Positions 36,531 through 50,395 of a DNA stretch of 64,000 bases are shown here, piece by piece. Made by a program: the position numbers and the translations under genes. This DNA comes from Felis catus. Its lineage: Eukaryota. Where the stretch lies: NCBI RefSeq assembly GCF_018350175.1, contig NC_058368.1, forward strand, positions 107,138,001-107,202,000. Direction: 5' to 3'. The notes below the pieces were generated by a model. That model saw only the letters and a list, made by a program, of their open reading frames with translations. It did not search any database and was not told the DNA's origin. Each line of letters starts with the position of its first letter. The first letter of the stretch is position 1.

Positions 36531-39500
36531 CCAGTTCTTCACTGGCTCTCCGTTTTGTGTTTGGAGGAAAGGAGGTGGTTTTGAAATGTTCTTCACTTGC
36601 TCTAGGCATGTCTCAGAAGCAAATCTACTGTGACACATGTTAAGAATTTTGAAACAGTTCAAATAATTTTACTTAATTTGGGAAACAGATGGAAATCTTC
36701 CCTGCTCTTCGTTGACTTCACGTTTTACATAATGAATATATGATGTTTAAATATGCACATGCCTGAATCTTTACCTATGATCAAATCTGAGAGAGCTCCC
36801 AAGGGCAAGGGCTGCTCCCAGAGTTCTTCCAAGTAATGTGCGGGGTCTAGAAAGTTAAGTCCAAAGTCATTACCATGAGAAAAGAGAAAAACTGGAGAGG
36901 TTACCAAATAATCATGCTGCATATGAAACACTGTTTTCCGTTCCTTTCTTCTGTTGCTGCCTTTTTGTGTTAAGTTTATGGAAGTGCCTGAGAAGCTGCC
37001 TAGGGGGAATATTTTTATTTTGAACAGTCAGGGATCCATGTATAGTTTATGCTTTGCATATATCAGTTTGCAAGAGCAGTTTCTTTTTCTTCTCCTCTTT
37101 ACTGTATGCGGAATGATTTCCTGCATATGCTCTGAACAGAACTTGCTTTCTGTAACTCATTCATCTGGAAGAAGTCCATTATTTTGCCACTACTGAGTCA
37201 ACAGATGCAAATGCCTCAGAAAAATTGTATTTATTTAGAAATCTGTTGTTTTTTGCAATGGTTGTTTGGATTGGCCCTTAAAATAAGAACTTGATGTTGA
37301 TTATTTGAAAGAATAAAGTCACTTTGAAGGAAGAACTCGTGGCAGGCTAGCAACAACATTGACCTTTAGAACTGGCTTGTGAAGTCCTTTTTAAACAATA
37401 TTTGAATATTCATTGAACAATTAGCAGTAGCTCTCGGCTCCCTGTCTAATTCTAATAAAAACAAATACAAAAAAAAAAAAAAGTTCTGGAGGTCAGTGGG
37501 CCTTCATCTGTTTCTTTTCCTAGAAAATTCTGATTACAGGAATTTTAAGCCATCTCATATGAAATGAAGTTGTTCGCTAGTGGTCTGGAGTTCACTAATG
37601 TCCATCCTTTATGTAACACTTTCCCCTGGGGCAGCTTCTTGTTCTTGGGTGCATATGAGAAACTGATGGAGATCAGACTACTAAAGTGTGTCCTTGAGAA
37701 CCTTACTGATTAACTTTGTAAATCAAGAAAAGCTGGTTAAGTGTGAGAATCCTCAAATTATCGCCACATTAAACCACAGGGTAGAAGAATCAGAGAAAAA
37801 TTGTACTTCTAGATTGACATGTCATCCACTTTGTTAATATGTTCCTAAATTTACTCTATGATATCAGTGTTTAATCAGAACTATTCATTCATTTTTTCAG
37901 TTTGGTGAGATTCCATCTTACTAACTGAAATGTCTCATTCATACAGAGAACCCTCCCTTGTCACATTGGTTCATGGCCCAAATTTTCCTAATTCTAAACA
38001 ATTTCCTTGTTCAGGTTGCTTTATATTATACTAAGATCTCCCCAATGCTTTTTCAGTTGTATTGCATTAACTCATTGTTCCCAAACACATACTGGCTTCT
38101 GCCATGGAAAATTGGACATACCATGTCCTGAGACTGCACCAATCCAAAAAGTCATGAATCTCCGCCCTCATTTCTCCATAGGCCCTCAAATCAGTCTTTT
38201 CTACGCTTCTTTTGAAGGTTTCTGCTAATTATTAAAATTACTTCCTTTTTAATATTCCTATTTGTTTTTTTCTTTCTTTTATTATATTTTAGACGATACT
38301 TAGGTGATTATTGAGCTCCTAACCAAATTTTTCTCTTCCTATTGATTTCATGTATAACTATACTGGGTATTATTTCAGAACACTCTGAGTATAATCTTTT
38401 GCCACCCCCACAGTGACAGAGCATGATAGGTACATAGGAACCTTTTGGTCAGCCTCCCTCCTTTTGAATAAAAGAAACTAATGAGCATAAAAGCTAAGTG
38501 ACTTGAACAGAGGTCCACAACAAATTAGTAGCACATCTGAAATCTGAACTTAGGACCCTTCACTGTAAGTCCAATATTATTTCTATGCTGCTCTGCTCTC
38601 GAAACAAAGTAGAACTTGGGTGTTTGGGACCCTAGGGCTTGACCACCCCCCAAAAAGAATGTGAGGAAAAACCAAAGGAGAGCTCTCCTCATCTCTCTGG
38701 GAATTTCACCCAACCCTCGGGTATGTAAAGACTTACCTAGTCTCCTTTTTGTATTTCTAATTTGTATTTAACTTGCACAAGTACCCTGACGTTTTTAGGT
38801 AATTTTCATTGTATAATCTATCTTTTCCCTGAAGAAAATAAGGAGTCCTCTCTGAGTGTGTAAGCTTCCTTTCAGGACAGGGAAAGGCCTGAAATGCGGG
38901 GCTAGATACTACTCACCGTCCTGACACTTCTTCGGCACCATCCAGGACCCAGAATCTATGATAGGCTTACGGTGGCTACTTCCAGGAGGGTGTTGTTTCT
39001 TCCTGTGCCTGGGCTACTGCCAGCCAGACCAGGGTGCTAGATTCCTTTTGAATGGCCTATTAATAGAACAAATGTGTTTCCTAACAGGGCGTGAGAATTT
39101 TGGGAGTTAACACTTAGGTCGGTTGCCCTGCTTGCATTTTATTTTTATCGTTTTAATATGCATCTTGTACAATCCAAGTTGTAGTGGGTGTGAATGGCAA
39201 ATGGTTCTTTGCTAAAGTTGTTGCATTGTAGTTTGCTAAAACTCCCAAGTAGGGCTTTCCTAAAACCTTCTCTAATTCCATTGGCAAAATAGCTCTCTCC
39301 CTTTTATGTATCACAGTCATTTTGTACCCTGTAAATTTCTCTGTGACTTGGCCACTTTCTATACTTTTATTAGATATACCTCTACCTTTATATTTTGTAA
39401 TAGGTGTGAGGGCAGAGACCTTTTGAAAAATTGGCACATCCTTTATAAATGTAATAGAGTGGTTTACACACAGTGGGCCCTCAAATATTTTCTAATCGTA

Positions 39501-40980
39501 TGACTCTTTGAGATAATGAAATTTTGTTTTCTTTCCTGACTTTTCAAATAGCTATGAAATAAAAGCATGGATCTAGGCTATTTCTATAAAGCAAACTTTT
39601 TGGGGTAGAAATGTGCCTTTAGAAGAATTCAGGTTGTTCCAAGTATATAACCAGGAGGGAGATGGGAAGGAAAGCAATGCCTTTGAGTAATTAGACGAAA
39701 TAATGTTATTTTAGGTGTAAACTTGGAATTTATGTTCTTTTGATTTGACCTCCACCTCAGTCCTGTTACCCTCCATGCAAAAAACTATGACACTCTAAGA
39801 CCAAATATATTATTTCAAAGTGTCGTTTTGCTATGTGATTATTTTCTGCTGGAATAAATCATAAATTCAACAGAGTATGTGCCAGCCTGACATCCCATGA
39901 GTATAGAAATTTTCCTTGAGGTTTTATTCACACTCATTGTGATTTTGAAATGGAAACACACCATGGTGAGTGGTGAGGCAGAAGGCACTAAAAGCGGACT
40001 GTATACAAGAGACCCTACAAAGCAGCTTTTACTTTTGGACTTATTATGGCCGGACCATGTTTCGTCAGCAAACACCAACATTAAGTCAATATACCGATGA
40101 GCAGTCTTTTCTTGAAACAAAATAAACTTACTGCAGCTGATGCCAAAATGGCCCCTTATTAATTAGAAATATGGACAATATCAAATGCAACATATATACA
40201 TCGGTGATCACTACACTCTTTGCCTGTAGGCCAGTGCCTGAGATACTAAATTATAACGACAGTGGTGACTGCCTGAAACGCTGAGTAGAATGAACACTTA
40301 GTAGATGGGCACTAACATTCAGTGACTAGGGCATTCTGTACTGGAATGGAAAGCTACATGAAAATAGGAATTCTTAGATAGTTTCACGGAAAGCGTGAAA
40401 TATGAAGGTGGTAAGTTGTGTGACTCAAATATGTAACACTATCAAGATCAAACTGCTAGACCCTATGGATCTATCTATATTTTTAAGGACATATCTGTCA
40501 ATTAGAGAGATCCTTACAGGAGTAGACGGGACATGCTTTTCTCTGGATTTTTTCCTTAGCTTCTGCCCTATATTTGTTTCTTTAGTTTTCATACCTGCTA
40601 AATCATCTCACCATCTTCATGTTCTTGCCATCTTTTTTCTAAACAGTTTATTGGATCCCTTCTTCTATATTATGATACAATAACTACCATCCACTCTGAG
40701 AGTGTCAACCATGTGGCTCTGGAGGAAGAACATTCCTGGCAGAGGGAAAAGTCAGGGCAAAATCCCTGGCTTGTGTCTGGATTATTCTGGGAGTAACAAA
40801 AAGGTTACTATGGTTAGTACGCAGTGAACAAGGAGGAGAGTAGTAGGAGATGGTGTGTTGAAAATACCCTAATGAGGCAACGCCAGAAGCAGGAATCCAT
40901 CAACCCACAGAGGAGATGACAGTTTGGATTAGGGTGTCAGCAGGACAAGTAGTGAGAAGTGTACATGCTAGATATACTTT

Positions 40981-41192
40981 ATTTATTTTTTATTTTTTTT
41001 AAGTTTTTAAAAAATGTTTTATTCACTTTTGAGAGAGCACTAGTGGGCAAGGGACAGAGAGAGGGGAGAGAGAATCCGAAGCAGGCTCTGCACTGTCAGC
41101 ACAAAGCCTGATGCAGGACTCAAACTCACGAACCATGAAATCATGAGCTGACCTGAAGTCTGACACTCAACCGACAGCCACCCACATGCCCC
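40981..41192 (-). mobile_element. Can-SINE
   Basis: SINE motifs; first of a tandem pair. Confidence 0.9.
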
Positions 41193-41206
41193 TATGCTGG
41201 ATACTT

Positions 41207-41419
41207 ATTTTTTTTTTAATTTTTAAATGTTTATTTATTTTTGAGAGAGAGAGAGTGAGTGAGGGAGGGTCAGAGAGAGAGGGAGACACAGAATCTGAAG
41301 CAGGCTCCAGGCTCCAGGTTGTCAGCACAGAGCCCAATGTGGGGCTCAAACTGATGAACTGTGAGATCATGACGGGAACCGAAGTTGAATGCTCAACCAA
41401 CTGAGCCACCCAGGCACCA
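41207..41419 (-). mobile_element. Can-SINE
   Basis: SINE motifs; second of a tandem pair. Confidence 0.92.
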
Positions 41420-41861
41420 GGGGCTGGATATATTTTAAACAGGTCCACAGAATTTACTGAAGAATTGAAAGTGTGTGTGTGAGGAGAAGAGAGGAGTTAA
41501 AGATGACTCCAGATATTTTTACCTGACCACCAGAAACTAAAATTTTCAGAGATAGAGGGACAGTCATCCAGAGTTGCCATAGTTGACTGTGACAAGAAGA
41601 TACAGTAGATATAATTTGATGATAGCAAATTCTCAAGTGGCTGTTTTTGTGGAGGGAAAAAGGGGAACAAGAGCAGTGGCAGTTAAGATACCTACCAGAC
41701 TTCTGTACTTGATGGTACTGAGCTCTTAAGAGAGGAAAGAGCCACTCCTCAAGAAGGTTCCAGGAAAAGAGGTGCCCTTGTGAGAGAGACATTAGACAAG
41801 GAGGTGAGAGGAATGATGACGGTAGAGGTTAAGAATATGAGTGATTATGGATGCTGGTGTA

Positions 41862-41872
41862 TCTCTTTCTTC

Positions 41873-41928
<56 letters not shown>

Positions 41929-41963
41929 CCTCCCTCCCTTCCTCCCTCCCTCCCTCCCTCCCC

Positions 41964-42015
<52 letters not shown>

Positions 42016-42025
42016 TTTCTTTCTT
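41862..42025. repeat. (TTTC)n-(CCCT)n-(TTTC)n pure pyrimidine tract
   Basis: 164 nt containing only C and T on the plus strand. Confidence 0.97.
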
Positions 42026-42319
42026 GGTTTCTCATTCTTTTTTTACCCAGTTGTGTATCAGAGCCATAGAATGTATTTTGTTCATATTTGGATTCCAGGT
42101 ATCTGTCACAATAAAGCATCATTGAATAATTTAATGTTGGAGAGGTTCCCAAAAATAATTGAGGACATTTTTGGGAAACAAATCTCAGCCATAGTTTAGG
42201 TTTGTGAAACTTTAATGTTTGTCACTCTATGAATAACTGTCCCAGTGAATAACTAGGTCCTTGGCTCATAAATGTCCAGGCAACTGTAAATGTATATTCT
42301 GTATAAATAAGTAATATTT

Positions 42320-42530
42320 TTTTTCAACGTTTTTTATTTATTTTTGGGACAGAGAGAGACAGAGCATGAACGGGGCAGGGGCAGAGAGAGAGGGAGACAC
42401 AGAATCGGAAACAGGCTCCAGGCTCCGAGCCATCAGCCCAGAGCCCGACGCAGGGCTCGAACTCACGGACCGCGAGATCGTGACCTGGCTGAAGTCGGAC
42501 GCTTAACCGACTACGCCACCCAGGCGCCCC
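42320..42530 (-). mobile_element. Young felid Can-SINE (SINEC_Fc-like)
   Basis: TSD taaataagtaatattt at 42304-42319 and 42531-42546. Confidence 0.96.
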
Positions 42531-43102
42531 TAAATAAGTAATATTTAAGATGCCAGCTCCTCTTCTCATCCCTTCTTCATTGTGGCCTGTTTTCACATTG
42601 AATTTAATTTCATTTGTAATTCATTATTGGTTTTCCAACCCACAACTAAGTGTCATTATCATACACAGAGCACTACCAATTCCTGTTAATTAGCCCTATA
42701 ATTGCAAGTGAAGGAATTGAATACACTTGAGTTTCCCATGAAAATTAAAAAATAAAATGGAAATCCACTAATTGCCTATTTCACTTTCACAAGATTTCAT
42801 AATTACTGAAGCATCTCTCTGCTGCTTTGAATGGATGCTTCTGACTATAAATTATGGCCCAGGTGCTCACAGGATGGGCGGTCTTCAGTTGTGCCAATTT
42901 CCTATTTGTTAGTAACAAATAGGAAAACACTGTAAGAAAAATACTGCTCCTCTAATGCTCAAAAAACTATGTAACAGAATTTCTACTCTTTTCCTAACTT
43001 AAAAATATTTGTCACTTAGCATCCCTCAGTGTTTGTTGGAAGGAACATAGCAGGGCAAAATGGATGCCAAGCAGAAAAATCTGGGTAGAAAATAGGAAAC
43101 AC

Positions 43103-43330
43103 GGGGCGCCTGGGTGGTGCAGTTGGTTAAGCGTCCGACTTCAGCCAGGTCACGATCTCGCGGTCCGGGAGTTCGAGCCCCGCGTCAGGCTCTGGGCTGA
43201 TGGCTCGGAGCCTGGAGCCTGTTTCCGATTCTGTGTCTCCCTCTCTCTCTGCCCCTCCCCCGTTCATGCTCTGTCTCTCTCTGTCCCAAAAATAAATAAA
43301 CGTTGAAAAAAAAAATTAAAAAAAAAAAAA
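43103..43330 (+). mobile_element. Young felid Can-SINE (SINEC_Fc-like)
   Basis: TSD agaaaataggaaaca at 43087-43101 and 43331-43345; long A tail. Confidence 0.96.
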
Positions 43331-43544
43331 AGAAAATAGGAAACAGGATCAGCCCATACTATATTTCTTATGAACAACATAGTCTTGAATAACATAGTTC
43401 TGTAAAATATTTTCTGAGAGCTTTAATCAGTTATGGTGGTATGTGATGTTTGTAGTCAATTTATTTAGTCTTCCATTATCAGGGTCTAGCTTAAAGAGCT
43501 GATCTTTCACTTTAGGTGAGCCAGTAGAATGTATTAAAAATAAT

Positions 43545-43730
43545 TAACACTTATTGACCACTCTCTAAATGCTAGATACTGTGTTAAGCACTTTCTCTGT
43601 ATTATTTCATTGAATCTTTACAAAAACACAAGGAGATGGGAATTATTATTAAGTCCATTTTACAGATAAAGAAACCAGAATCCAGAAGTAACTTTCCTAA
43701 GATCACAAAGCTAGTAGGTGTCAGACAGGA
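43545..43730 (-). mobile_element. MIR
   Basis: tccattttacagataaagaaac...aagtaactttcctaagatcacaaagctagta. Confidence 0.8.
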
Positions 43731-43737
43731 CAGAGCT

Positions 43738-43935
43738 TGGTTTCAGCTCAGGTCATGATCTCATGGTCAGTTCGTGACTTGGAGCCCCTCATCAGGCTCC
43801 ATGCTGGTAGCGAAGAGCCTGCTTGTGATTCTCTCTCTGTCCCTCTCTCTCTGCCCCTCCTCTGCTTATGCTCGCTTGCCCTCTCTCTCTCTCTCAGTCT
43901 CACACACACACAATAAATAAATAAAACTTAAGAAA
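43738..43935 (+). mobile_element. 5'-truncated Can-SINE
   Basis: Begins at tttcagctcaggtcatgatctc. Confidence 0.88.
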
Positions 43936-44450
43936 ACAAGATTGTTCTGATAGTCTTATATATATTCATCCAGTGATTTATTTACTGATTAAAAATATTT
44001 TATTAAGTGCTTATGTCAATACCAGAAATGACCCTCAAGGTCAAGTATGCCAACCATCCTTGTATTGTCTGGCCCTGCTGTATTCCCAATACGCACTCTT
44101 GTATTTTAAGTGAATTATCCGCAAAGAATTTTTTTATCAGGAAAGTGGCTACAAACATTGTTATACATATTTATCAGAGGAATGCACATTACAAATTAAT
44201 AGAGGCTCTTGTTTCCAGTAGAAATTCATTGAAAATGCATGTTAAGTGAATGAAATAGAGATATTTCAGGTTAATGAAAATGCCCAAATGCATAAAAGTA
44301 GTTATTTGCAGAACTGGAACCAAAACCAGTAGTGTATAACTCCCAGACTTCAAGAAATCTTCAGTACAAACATGGAAAAACTAGTCCTCTTGTTTGCAGT
44401 GTCCTCTAAGAAAGATTAGACCAGATACCCTCTGAAGCAGTGTCTTTGTA

Positions 44451-44665
44451 GGAGGCTTGGGTGACTCAGTCAGTTAAGCATCCGACTTCAGCTCAGGTCA
44501 TGATCTCACGGTTCCTGGGTTCAGGCCCCGTGTCAGGCTTTGTGCTGACAGCTAAGAGCCTGGATCCTTCTTCGGATTCTGTGTCTCCATGTCTTTCTCT
44601 GCCCTTCCCCCATTTATGCTCTGTCTCTCTTTCAAAAATAAACATTAAAAATTTTTTTTAAAAAG
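44451..44665 (+). mobile_element. Can-SINE
   Basis: agtgtctttgt present on both flanks. Confidence 0.92.
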
Positions 44666-46660
44666 AAAGAAGTGTCTTTGTGAATAGTCTGTGTATATGG
44701 TAAGGTATAGTGCCTATAAGAATTCATCTATCCTTAAAGCATCTAAATTTTAGTAAACATCAAACAGAACAGCAAATACATATTTATTTTAGAGTCGTTT
44801 TTTTATTTAAATAAGGTATAGTTGAATACATATCTCAACAGTATTTAATTTTTCTTTTTTAGAATTAAAGGTCTTTTATGGTCACAAAAGAGATATTCAA
44901 GAAAACAGAAAAACATTAACATATGCTCTTACTATCTCATAATTTTAATATTAAAAAAATAATTTAATGAAAATTAGTCCTTTTTAAAAAAAGACAGTAG
45001 ACATCTCTATGCACACACACACATGCAAATAAATATATATATAGTCCATACACTATAATTGTATCTTTTCATTTACCCACAGATCATTGAAAACTTCTTC
45101 AAGGCTGGCACATGTCCCTGCAACCATTTAGTGACCAGTCTCATAATTTGCCTAATTATATCCAGCATTCTAAATACATTTCATTCATTCATTAAGATAT
45201 TTATTAGTTTGATGAGTTTTAATTTTTCTCTATACTCTAGGATATGATATATATAAGTACGAAAACTGGAAATTTTGTAGAGTCAATTATTTCTATACAT
45301 CTTTCATCCCAATTGCACTTCCATTTTCTCTTTCTAATATCTGTTATTTAATTTTTCGGTCTTCAGGACTTACCATGAGTTTTATCTTAAACCTCAGATC
45401 CTTTTTTGTCTCTTGTTCTATATTTTCTTCTTAGTCTCACAAACTCCAGGGACACTTATTTTTCTACAGGTCATTTGGATGCCTATTTGTCTCATGTACA
45501 CACAGTCCCTATGGCATGGCCAACTGTTCAAGTAAGCCTTTTCAACCCTAATTCTGTCTTTCTCCACAAATGATGGCAGTTGGAGGAAGATAAATTAGAG
45601 ATTTGACATTGTCAAACCCTAGAACTTTTTCTCTTATTCATAAGATATTTTCCCCTTTTCCCTCAGACCTCCCTCCTGCCATAATTGGTAATATTTATGC
45701 AGTCAGACATTCATTGTTTCATACATACCCTTTATTTCTCTCTACTATAGTCTGTTGCTACTTGTTTAAAATGGTTAAAAGTATGGCTTAAATGAGAAAT
45801 ATTCTTTTAAATACTCACATACTATTTAGAATTTGTACAATGATTTTGTATAGGAATGCTTATATGTCGTCTAAACTTTTAACTCTAAAATATTCATAAA
45901 TGAAAAAAATTCACTAAAATGAGTTTTCTTTAACCTTACAGCTTTAAGTTAAGTAGACTGAGAACGATTTTTTTTTAAGTTAAAAAAAGGGAGGGAGATG
46001 CTCTGTACCTTTTGCTTTGTCTTGTTTTGTTTTGTATTGTTTTATATTAGTGCTCTCAATTTTCTTCGCAGTTTCCTATTTTCTAAACAGGCTCTTTAAA
46101 AAGGTAATTGTCATCTCACATTTGGTAATATCATCTCTAATGAACACAGACCAGAGGTTAAGTACTTTTATTTTGTGTCTTCATTCCTGCCCTCCACCAC
46201 ATTACTTACATGTTCTAAGTTCAGTGTCTTGCAGGTTATATATATTGACTATAGCCCACTTCAGCATCAGGGGATTTAATGAGAAAAGACTGGATGGTTT
46301 GCTTTGTGAGGAAATTGCTGAGCAACATGCATAAATAAGCCAAGAACAAGGATAATTCTGAATGCCACAGCAGTAGGAGTTACTGGCCATCTACAATAGT
46401 TGACTGCCAGGGATTTTCAAATTTTAAATTCCTAGGAGAGAGAATCCGAATGCTCCAGCTTGAAACCAGGGTGTTTACCCTGGGTTTACTAAGCTCTGGT
46501 CAGGGAGCAGGTTTGGAGCACATACACTATTAGACATCAAAGGCCATGCCTATAGAAAGAGGAGGTGAGTGGGTAGCCATCTTTAGGAGCATTTGCAATA
46601 ATTGTCCATATTGGCTTCCCTCAAAGGGAAAATGAGAAATTTCACTCAATTTAAAGCATT

Positions 46661-46661
<1 letters not shown>

Positions 46662-46709
<48 letters not shown>
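46662..46709. repeat. (CA)n microsatellite
   Basis: Seen directly. Confidence 0.97.
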
Positions 46710-46710
<1 letters not shown>

Positions 46711-46984
46711 AGTGAGAACATAAGTTCACTCTACTTCAGATAACTTGGAGTTTAAAACCTTGTTAACACTTAGTAATATTTACATACTATGATGACTTCT
46801 GTATTTTGTTGATTTTGTTCATCGAGAGCTTAGAATTATCATGTGTCAAAAACACAAGGTTTATGAGACTTTTTTGATTGTATGTATAATTAATTCATGC
46901 TTATGTTTTATACTTTCTGAAAGAAAAACTACAGTTCCAAGTGGGGGGTAAAGAGTGACTTATATGGGTAGTTCAGTAACCACT

Positions 46985-47112
46985 ATAAAGCATGCCAGCT
47001 GAGGAAAGGGATCTAGCTTTATTCAATTGAACATCTACAGGATCTAGTACTAGAGGGCATTACCAGGCTAGAACTCAATAATTATTTTTGAATGAATAAA
47101 TAAATGGATGAA
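46985..47112 (+). mobile_element. L2 3' terminus
   Basis: actcaataattatttttgaatgaataaataaatggatgaa. Confidence 0.6.
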
Positions 47113-50100
47113 ATACCCAAAAGATAGGCATATATTTCATTCTGTTTGTAGACAGGTTGTCATAGAAAGTCCTATTCTCTGTTAGGCTCCAGGGTTTAAC
47201 CTTTAAATCAAGGTTGCAGAAATTGAAAACATAAGTACTAGTTAGCTCATTGGATGGTGAATGGTATTACAGTGACAGATGTGTCCCAGTTCAGGCTTAA
47301 CATCATAGAGACTGTGTATGAACACATGGACACACAGCCTATATATCATCTTCCCAGCCATGGGAGATAAATGGATTTGAAGATAGGAGGCTACAGAGGA
47401 GGAAATTATCATTAATATCGATTTGCAACCAAAAGAACAGGCAGAAATAAAATATACATTTGAATTTCATTAATTATATTAAACAAAGATGTAAGAAAAA
47501 CTTATAAGGAGCAATTTTCTCATAGAACTCTTTTTTTTCTTTTTGATGTGCCAAGTCTTATTTGGCAAGTGTATGCATATGAATCTTTGTTGACTTGGCT
47601 CTTTAACGTTTATATAATTTCATGGCTGTATTTGCATAGTGTATCATTTATCATTTGACTTCTTACTATTAGTGTTCTCATTAGATTGAAGTTCCAGGAA
47701 ACACAACGTATTGTGGACTGCGCTTTAGATGAAGCTAGTAGGTAGGAATCTTAGAGTTTGGAAAACAATAATTATCTACCACTTACATTTATATTCCTTT
47801 TATTCTCACCAATCTTTTCTCTCCTAAATTAAGATTTTGGTTGACAGTTCCTAGGTCATAAAAAAAAACAATGTCTAAGAAAACAAGAAATAACAAGTCT
47901 AAGAAAAATTATCAATAATAGACATAATGGAAAATTGGATTTTAGAGTTTATGAGCTGTCTTACAAGCATAGCATTCTTCAGAACTTCAGAAACATCTTT
48001 TCATTCAATATGAGCCAATGGGATTGCTATGTATGCAAATGTTTCTCTTCATGAAAATCATATGTGTATATATATGATAGAGATGTGAAAGATGTATAGA
48101 TGACTTTCATGAAGAGCCTGTGTATTTGTTATTATCATTTCATTTGGATTATTGTTATGTATTCATTGTCATATAATGTTAAAAGAAAAGGGAGCTACTA
48201 AAGTAATCAAGCAATTTGAGTTGTTCCTGGAATTGATGATACTGATTGTATTATCAGGCTGCTTGCTAGTAAAGGGAGTGGGATTTATCCGGTTTTCAGC
48301 CAAAACTGAGCCAAGAATTGGGCACAGTGATTGGAAAGCAAAAGATGTTTGCTTGAATGAACCCTCCAAATCCAGATTTCCCTGTTTCATCATAGTATGT
48401 TTTCTATTTATTTTGCTTTCTTAAAATCATCAAATAAAAAAAATCTTCTAGATACAAACATGCAGTTAATTATTGAAGTCATAATGCAGTTTTGAAACAA
48501 TTAAATGCGATTGATTTTATTGAGGTTGAAACTAGAAAATAATTTTAAGGTCACTACTCATTTATTTGGCTAGAGGCTGTAACTCTTGACTTATTTATTA
48601 TAGTTTTAGAAAAATAAATTCAGCTTTTACTACTTGGGGAAAATATACAGCTCTTCAATACTGTTGAAATGTTAATAAAAGTAAGATAAATCTCAGTAGT
48701 GTTAAAGCTGTCTTCAGCAGCCAAAATAAAACTGGCTAGGAATAAACACAATAAAAACAGTCAGATTTTGACTGCTTTCAAACTCGTATCTGTTTTATTG
48801 ATACCTTAGTAAAGACTGGAAGTCACTTATAGTTGATTCATTTTCAATTGTAGGGGAAGGGTTTTGAGGTTTCACGGGCTTTTGTCAGATGTCAGTGTGT
48901 TCATATGTAATGCCTTTTCACTATATTTTTTAATATGGTACAGCTTAATAGCTTGGAATTCAGCCTGATACCCAGCACTGTCGATAAATCAATGCCATGT
49001 TCCCTCGGTAATATCACTATGAAGATATACGGAACCTCCTAAGCACATCTTTTGTTTCTTAGCTAATTGGAAAATTATCAAAGGCATATTTTGATAACTG
49101 TACAACAGAAGTAGCACATTAAGTGAAAAACTAACTAGTTTTTTGTGTGGCCTAATCTTTTAAATTTAGATGTTTGCATGGAAATGAATGAAAGTTTTCA
49201 TTGAAAATTAATTTTCAAGCTTGATGTTTGCATATTGTCAGGAAGAAAGTTGAGTCCATCCCTTGAACAGGCTGGATGTGAATGAAATGAGTGAAAACAC
49301 CCACCATGTCTGTGTGAGAAAACTAAGCAGCTTCACTTCACCCCATAGTGCAGGACCAAAGTATAGATGTATAGATGAGTAGAAAAATGGCACCACTGAC
49401 AAAGTTGTATTGAAATAAAATATAATAGTATCCTCCCAAATTTTCATGTTAGGACACTGTATATAGTTTTCAAAGCATATTCACATTTATTTTTTTTATT
49501 GTCGTAATAAACCTCAAAGCATATTCACATTTATTTTTATTCTCATAATAAATCTCACATATAGGGAGAAATGAGATACAGAGATTTGAAGTGACAAACT
49601 CAAGTTTGCATGAGTCCTATGGAAAGTGCAATATTCTCCAAGTGGGAAATCAGACCTTTTTAGTTCATTGACTTTTTGTTTCCTTGTCTGTGTCCTAGTA
49701 AAATGATATCACGTTGGACAGTCTAATAGTTCTCCTGCAGCTAGAATTCAGCTATCATTTCTTTCCCATAATGGTGGACTACCTAATAGAAAGTGTGGTA
49801 GACATTTCTAAAAGATACAGCAACAGAGTAAAATAAAACTAGAACAATACAGAAAAATAGATTTGGGAGTAATGAAATTAGCTCACTTAAAGTGACTGTA
49901 AAATCTTGATACAATATAAAGTTGCTCCGTAATTCCCCCAATCATCAGTATAAAAGATCCAACTGTATGTGTGTGGAAAATACTTGGAATACTCCTGTTT
50001 TTTGGTTCTGGGGGTAGGAAACAGTTTGTTCTAGTAAATGCTCTTGAGAGAAGAAATAATTTATTAAAGGTTGTAAGACTGTTCATTCCTTTGATTTTTA

Positions 50101-50395
50101 CATTAACCTAGCAGTGTCATAAATGTTCAGTACTGCCACACAAAAATATTGCTTCTGTGTTTAGGATTCGGTGGTTATTGAATGCAGCTGGAAGCTTTGC
50201 TTTTATACTAAATGAGGAGGAAAGCTGAATTTTTGAGAATAGCCAGTTGGAGTTAAATAAATACATAACAATAAGAAAAATTCAAAGAAGGGCATTACTT
50301 ATCATGGTGTTTGATTCAGTAGCCACATAACTTTGGGGGACTTACCCTGAGGTTCACTGTCATCATTTGTAAATGAATTAAGAATTCTTCTTGTA

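Larger units (their letters stand above)
40715..41560 (-). mobile_element. L2 fragment interrupted by two SINEs
   Basis: aacattcctggcagaggg...gcaaaatccctg, gagaagagaggagttaaagatgactccaga. Confidence 0.65.

Noticed and set aside
39839..40120. Overlapping ORFs in unique sequence
   Set aside because: Short, no recognisable motif and no convincing splice boundaries.
41780..42199. Low-complexity ORFs (FLSF/KERK), also at 10011, 11561, 27271 and 46530
   Set aside because: They are microsatellite read-through.
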